A stretch of DNA of 64,000 nt from NCBI GenBank assembly GCA_963833095.1, contig CAWHWQ010000001.1, positions 768,001 through 832,000 of the forward strand. The letters run 5' to 3'. Below the pieces are notes generated by a model. It made no database searches and was not told the origin of the DNA. It worked only from the letters and a program-made list of their open reading frames with translations. Positions 59,118-64,000 of this stretch are shown piece after piece. Position numbers and translations under genes: made by a program. The stretch comes from Vulcanimicrobiota bacterium (lineage in GTDB: Bacteria; Vulcanimicrobiota; Vulcanimicrobiia; Vulcanimicrobiales; Vulcanimicrobiaceae). Position 1 is the first letter of the stretch. Every line of letters starts with the position of its first letter.

Positions 59118-60322
59118 GCGATATCAAACGCCCCAACAACCGACGCCGCGTCGACGCCGTCACCAAAGACCTCGGCTAGCACGTCATTGTTCGCCACGTG
59201 GTCGCCTATTCGCGCATGCAGGCGTAAGCCGGCCCGCGAATTTACGGCGGTCAGCCTGCGCGCGATGTGTCCCAAGTGCACCGCATCGATGGCGCGCACG
59301 ACGCCGCCTGCCCGAGCGCGCACGAGTTCCACGCGTGAATCGGGCGCAAGCGCCTCAAGTGCAGCACGACTTCCGCCCTGCGCTTCGATCATCTCGACGA
59401 ATTTCGCATAGGCGCTTCCATCCTCGAGCGCACGCGGGGCTTGCGCTTGCGCGTCAGCAACGCCGCCTAGCTCGAGCATCGCAGCGGCGATCTGGAGGCA
59501 ACCCGCGCGTGCACGCTCGTCGCCCGCGCCGCCACGCAACATGTCCCGCGCTTCTGCGACCTCGATTCCGGTGCCGATACACTGCGCCAGCGGTTCGTTC
59601 ATATCACTCACGATCGCGCGAGCCTTACGTCCAAACTGTTCGGAGATTCCGACCAGCATCTGCGCCAGCGCCTGCGCTTGCTCCAAATCGCGCATAAACG
59701 CCGCACTTCCGCATTTCACGTCGAAGACGAACGCATTCGCGCCGCCGGCAACCTTTTTGGAAACGATCGAAGCGGCAATCAAGCCGATGCTGGGCACGGT
59801 AGCGGTGCGATCGCGCAGATGGTAGAGCCGCTTATCGGCTGGAACGAACGCGTCGCTTTGGGCCGCGATCGCGCAGCCGACGCGCTCGACTTGGCGAACG
59901 AAATCGTCCATCGAGGGCGTAGCGTTGAATCCGTCGATCGCTTCGAGCTTATCGATCGTGCCGCCGGTGTGTCCCAAGGCGCGCCCTGAGAGCTTGGCGA
60001 CGCGCACACCGCAGGCCGCGACAAGCGGCACGGCAACCAACGAGACGATGTCGCTCACCCCGCCGCTGGAATGTTTGTCCACGACGAACATGCCGTCGGG
60101 ATAGCGCAGCGTCGCGCCGCTTCCCACCATCGCGCGCGTCAACGCGGCGGACTCGTTTTCATCCAAACCGCGCCACACGCAGGCCATGGCGAGCGCCGCC
60201 ATCTGCGCATCGTCGACATCACCGCTCACATAGGCGGCGATGATGCCTTCCCAAACGGAAGCTTCTAACGTCGCGCCATCGCGTTTGCGCTCGATGGCCC
60301 GCCGCATAGAGAGTTCATCCAT
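59114..60322 (-). CDS. pdp: pyrimidine-nucleoside/thymidine phosphorylase
   Basis: Motifs IERKRDG, DKHSSGGV, KLSGRALGHTGGTIDKLE, PADKRLYHLRD, DVKCGSAAFM. Confidence 0.92.
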   Translation of the reverse strand: MDELSMRRAIERKRDGATLEASVWEGIIAAYVSGDVDDAQMAALAMACVWRGLDENESAALTRAMVGSGATLRYPDGMFVVDKHSSGGVSDIVSLVAVPLVAACGVRVAKLSGRALGHTGGTIDKLEAIDGFNATPSMDDFVRQVERVGCAIAAQSDAFVPADKRLYHLRDRTATVPSIGLIAASIVSKKVAGGANAFVFDVKCGSAAFMRDLEQAQALAQMLVGISEQFGRKARAIVSDMNEPLAQCIGTGIEVAEARDMLRGGAGDERARAGCLQIAAAMLELGGVADAQAQAPRALEDGSAYAKFVEMIEAQGGSRAALEALAPDSRVELVRARAGGVVRAIDAVHLGHIARRLTAVNSRAGLRLHARIGDHVANNDVLAEVFGDGVDAASVVGAFDIA

Positions 60323-60359
60323 TGCAGTGGCTCTTCGCTGTCGCCGCGAAAAGCGCTGC

Positions 60360-61652
60360 GTGCCATATCAACCCGTCGTCGAGCATTTCGCGGCCGTACC
60401 TGCGCTCGATCCGCCATGGCTCATCCTCTTTACCGTACTTTTTGCGGGATGTGCGCTGCTCACACTTCGGCGCCCAGGTTTTGGCGCGGCGCTCCTGGTC
60501 TTTATGACACCGTTTGCTGGCGCGCACGCGATCTGGGGAACCACGGTCACCGCGCCAAAGGTCGCGCTCATCGGCGTCATCGTAGGGCTGCTGAGCGCTC
60601 CCGGCGCCTGGAACGCTCTGCGGCGTAAGCCGGTCGCCCCCGTCGCGCTCGCATTCTGCGCGATAATCTTTGCGAATGCGTTGACACTCCCGGTTGCCAT
60701 GCATCGTCTCGAGGTCGTACGGGAAACCTTGAAGTGGACCGAATACCTTGGTCTCTTTTGCGCGGTGTTCATCGCCTACGCACTCGACCCGTTGCCGCGA
60801 ACTGTCCGCAGCGCGCTCTTTATTTCCTTTGCAGTCGCAGCCTGCAGCGCGTTTCTCGAACTTGCGACGGGCGCCGCATCGGGGCTCGCGCTCGGCGCGA
60901 CCGTCGTTCCACGAATCGCCGGAGTGCTCGAAGGTCCCAATCAATTCGGCGGCTACCTCGAAGCGGCTATCGCCGCCATCGGCGCGTGGCAGATACGAGC
61001 CTCGCAACGGACCCGCATGCTTCTGCTCGCGCTCGCGGGGGTGGCGCTCGCGCTCACGTTTTCGCGCGCGGCGTTCATTGGCGCCCTGCTCATCGTCGTG
61101 GTCTTCGCGATTATCGAGCGCAAGCGCGCGTTCGCGCTCTGGCCGCTCGGGCTCGGATTGGCCGCCGGCTATGGCAACGACATTGCGTGGGCGCTGCGCG
61201 CACATGTGCCATGGGAAAACATCTTTACGCGCGAGAGCGATGTGGATGCCGCGGTTTCGGGCGGCGTCGGTGATCGCAGCGAGTTGTGGCGCGCCGCGCG
61301 ATTCTTTTTCTTTCATCATCCGATCCTGGGAATCGGCGCGGGCAACTATGAGCTCGAACTGACGCAAGCCGGGCTGCCCGGCGTGCGTACACAGGCTAAC
61401 AATTGGTATCTTCAGGCGGCTGCTGAAGGCGGCGTGGTCCTGCTCGGTGCAACGATCGCGTGGATCGTAACCGTCGTGGGCGCGCTCGTCACCCGGGTGC
61501 GCCGTTCCCCATGGGCGCTCGCGGCCTTGGGCGCATCAGTGGCTTTCATCGTCCACGGATTCTTCGACGATCTGGTCTTCTATCCAAAGGTTGCCGAAGC
61601 GTGGATCGCGCTTATCGCGTTGGGCATCGCCGATTCGGGCGCGCGCGATTGA
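60360..61652 (+). CDS. O-antigen ligase/polymerase (Wzy_C) family protein
   Basis: RIAGVLEGPNQFGGYL, LTFSRAA, PILGIGAGNY, NNWYLQAAAEGG. Confidence 0.82.
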   Translation: MPYQPVVEHFAAVPALDPPWLILFTVLFAGCALLTLRRPGFGAALLVFMTPFAGAHAIWGTTVTAPKVALIGVIVGLLSAPGAWNALRRKPVAPVALAFCAIIFANALTLPVAMHRLEVVRETLKWTEYLGLFCAVFIAYALDPLPRTVRSALFISFAVAACSAFLELATGAASGLALGATVVPRIAGVLEGPNQFGGYLEAAIAAIGAWQIRASQRTRMLLLALAGVALALTFSRAAFIGALLIVVVFAIIERKRAFALWPLGLGLAAGYGNDIAWALRAHVPWENIFTRESDVDAAVSGGVGDRSELWRAARFFFFHHPILGIGAGNYELELTQAGLPGVRTQANNWYLQAAAEGGVVLLGATIAWIVTVVGALVTRVRRSPWALAALGASVAFIVHGFFDDLVFYPKVAEAWIALIALGIADSGARD

Positions 61653-62905
61653 AAACACTCGGCCTTGCGCTGATCGTCGCCGCCGGCGCGATCGTTTCGC
61701 GGGTTGTGCTTGCGCATGTACCCGCGCGCTTCGCCGTCGACCTCGCGCAGCCGCTGCCGATCGCGACGAACTGGGGCATCGACGGCGCCTGGCTTTGGCT
61801 CGTTCTGGCCGCGACACTCGGCGCCGTGTTTATCGTGTACCTGGCGCAACTACGAGCGCCGCTTTCGCTCGCTCGCACGCTGCTCGCCTCGTCGCTCGCG
61901 CTGCTGGCCGGACTGTTGTGGCTTCCGCTCTTTTCGAGCGATGTCTATGCGTATGCCGCCTACGGTGAGATGGCGCGCCTGGATTTGAATCCCTACATTC
62001 ATCACGCGCATCTCGCAGCGGGCGGCGACGCCTTGATCGCCGCGGCAAATTGGCAGTGGCGACCGGTGCTCGTCCCGATCTGCGTTTACGGCGAAACGTT
62101 TGTCGCGCTTGCGCGCCTGCTGGTAACCGTGCTGCACGGATTCGACACCGTCGCGGTGCTGACGAGTTTTCGCGTCCTTTCGTGCACGGCGCTGGTGCTG
62201 TGCGGGTATCTCGCCGGACTTTTGGGAGGGGCTCGCGCGGCAACCTTCATCGCGTGCAATCCGGTCGCGCTGTTCGCCGCAATCGAAGGACACAACGATA
62301 CGTTGATGGCGGCCGCTGTGCTGTTCGGTATCGTGGTCGCGCGTCGCGCGCCCGCAATCGGCGCAACGATCGTCGCGCTGGCAGCGTCGATCAAACTGCC
62401 CGCGCTGGCCGCTTCGGTCGCGCTTGCATTCGATCGGATCCTCGAGCGACGCGACGCGCGAGCCGTTCTCGGCGGAACGGTCGTCGGCTTGGCGATCGTC
62501 GCGGCCGCATCGCGCGCGCTTATCGAGGGCGTCCGCTCGGATCTGGCGCCACACGGTCAGTACGCCGCGTTCGCATCCATTCAAGAACTCGGCATCCCAG
62601 TCGCGGCGCTTGCCGCCCTGTTCGTGCTGACCCGCGTGCGCGCGATGACGACGCCGATCGACCGTTGGTGCATGCTTGCCTTGGCAGCCTGGATTGCAAT
62701 TCCCAACCCGTACCCGTGGTACGCGCTATGGTTGCTCCCGTTGGCTGCATTCGCTCACGACCGGCGCGTCGACGACGACGTACTGACCGTAACGGGCGCG
62801 GCCTTGCTTCGCTATCTGCCCGACGCGGCCGCGGTTCCCATCGGTGCCGAGTCGTTCGCGCTCGGCGCTCTTGCGCTAACCGCATACGCACCGCTCGTGT
62901 TATAA
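61649..62905 (+). CDS. GT-C membrane glycosyltransferase (MptA/MptB/DUF2029-like)
   Basis: FSSDVYAYAAYGE, LNPY, VYG, NPVAL...EGHNDTLM, YPWYALW. Confidence 0.7.
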   Translation: MKTLGLALIVAAGAIVSRVVLAHVPARFAVDLAQPLPIATNWGIDGAWLWLVLAATLGAVFIVYLAQLRAPLSLARTLLASSLALLAGLLWLPLFSSDVYAYAAYGEMARLDLNPYIHHAHLAAGGDALIAAANWQWRPVLVPICVYGETFVALARLLVTVLHGFDTVAVLTSFRVLSCTALVLCGYLAGLLGGARAATFIACNPVALFAAIEGHNDTLMAAAVLFGIVVARRAPAIGATIVALAASIKLPALAASVALAFDRILERRDARAVLGGTVVGLAIVAAASRALIEGVRSDLAPHGQYAAFASIQELGIPVAALAALFVLTRVRAMTTPIDRWCMLALAAWIAIPNPYPWYALWLLPLAAFAHDRRVDDDVLTVTGAALLRYLPDAAAVPIGAESFALGALALTAYAPLVL

Positions 62906-62906
62906 T
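62898..62906 (+). promoter_or_regulatory. extended -10 element upstream of mfd (leaderless-type)
   Basis: TGTTATAAT ending 9 nt before GTG 62916, with no SD. Confidence 0.55.
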
Positions 62907-62915
62907 CAGCGGCCC

Positions 62916-64000
62916 GTGACCCAAACCGCTACGCCCGGCCTCGCATCACACGACGCGCTGCTTCGCGCGCTTGCGACGTCGCACCGTGCCCTCGCGCCGA
63001 TCCTCGACGCGTTGCGAACCGGCCATGGCACCTATGCGGTGCACGAAACGATCGCTGCCGCGCGTCCCGCTCTGCTCGCCTCGCTCTACCGCGCGATCGA
63101 GAAGCCGATGCTGGTCGTCATGCCCACGCCCGACGTCGCCGAACGCGCCTTCGCCGACCTTCTTTACTATCTGGGTGAAGAGGAGCCGCAACACGTCGCG
63201 CTGCTGCGCTCGCGCGACGAAGCGCTCGGCGCAATCGAGAGCCCCTCGGAACGCAGCGCGCGCATGACGCTTCTGGCCGATCTTGCCGCAGGACGCAGCC
63301 GCCTCGTGCTGGCGCCGGTCGCCGCTTTACGTCAGTACGTAATGCCGCGCACGCTGTTCGATGCCTTGCGCATGCCGCTGCGCGTGGGTGACGAGCCGGG
63401 CTTCGAACGCTTGCAAGAGCGTCTCTACACGCTAGGCTACGAGCGCACAGACGTCGTCAGCGCCGTCGGCGAATACGCCGTGCGCGGCGGAATTCTCGAT
63501 CTCTTTGCCGCCAGTGAAGACGCGCCGACGCGCATCGAGTTCTTCGGTGACGAGATCGAGAGCATGCGTCCCTTCGATCTCGCAACGCAGCGCAGCGAGG
63601 GCGAGCTTACCGCAATTGAAATCGCGCCGTGGAGCGAGATTCCGCGCGAAGCGCACTATCGCGCGCGGATCCTCGAACGTTTCGAAGGTCCCGACGCCGT
63701 CCGCAGCTCGCTTACCGCATATATCGAAAGCGGGAACGAGGTCCCAGCGTCGTGGCTTCCGCTTGCGTACGACGAACGCGCGACGCTGCTGAACTACTTA
63801 CGCGATGACGCGATCCTCGTGCTCGACGAGCCCGGCATGCTTGCCACCATCGAGCGCGCGCTTGAAGAGGAACGCTCGCGCGAGCAGAGCGTGCTCCTTG
63901 CCGGCGTTGAGTCGGGCGAATTTTCGGTCAGTGATTCCGAAGTCGACGACGCATTGCTCGCCGAGATCGCCGCGCCGCATCCGCGTCTGGACGAACTTTC
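62916..64000 (+). CDS. mfd: transcription-repair coupling factor (N-terminal part, runs off window edge)
   Basis: Manual translation: LGYERTDVVSAVGEYAVRGGILDLF...TRIEFFGDEIESMRPFDLATQRS (UvrB-homology module). Confidence 0.92.
   Translation, partial: MTQTATPGLASHDALLRALATSHRALAPILDALRTGHGTYAVHETIAAARPALLASLYRAIEKPMLVVMPTPDVAERAFADLLYYLGEEEPQHVALLRSRDEALGAIESPSERSARMTLLADLAAGRSRLVLAPVAALRQYVMPRTLFDALRMPLRVGDEPGFERLQERLYTLGYERTDVVSAVGEYAVRGGILDLFAASEDAPTRIEFFGDEIESMRPFDLATQRSEGELTAIEIAPWSEIPREAHYRARILERFEGPDAVRSSLTAYIESGNEVPASWLPLAYDERATLLNYLRDDAILVLDEPGMLATIERALEEERSREQSVLLAGVESGEFSVSDSEVDDALLAEIAAPHPRLDEL

Overview
GC-rich bacterial chromosome segment, almost entirely protein-coding. I recognised no rRNA, tRNA, CRISPR array, transposase or phage gene. 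A TonB-dependent receptor and an LptD-like protein point to a diderm cell, yet LexA and its operators are Firmicutes/Actinobacteria-type; this combination suggests Ca. Eremiobacterota/Vulcanimicrobiota (inference). Layout: (1-6.4 kb) coaBC-panC-FHA, PilZ, ynbB-like, an orphan PTS EIIC, and a divergent lexA/LysM pair with three SOS boxes; (6.4-10.2 kb) a large TonB-dependent receptor; (10.5-23.7 kb) a minus-strand run of flippase, rmlD, kamDE, PilZ, gmd, rmd, ICMT, CDF transporter, thiolase, acyl-CoA dehydrogenase and sucCD; (23.7-28 kb) rmlC, ECF sigma/anti-sigma/bactofilin-like and an aminotransferase; (28-53.7 kb) a visibly more AT-rich surface-glycan island with two beta-propeller lipoproteins, GH38, giant GT-C-like membrane proteins, GT2/GT4s, AlkP enzymes, methyltransferases, GNAT, amino-sugar genes, MurJ-like and a priming transferase; (53.7-64 kb) deoB, LptD-like plus a CBM-like protein, GtrB-like GT2, pdp, O-antigen-ligase-like, MptA/B-like GT-C and mfd. 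The best novelty candidates are the glycan island, which resembles the mycobacterial Rv0225/Rv0226c/aftD cluster, and a recurrent AGG-N17-20-GAA motif just upstream of starts that mostly lack an SD. Several genes carry single-base frameshifts that are probably assembly errors. All family calls come from motif recognition; no searches were run.
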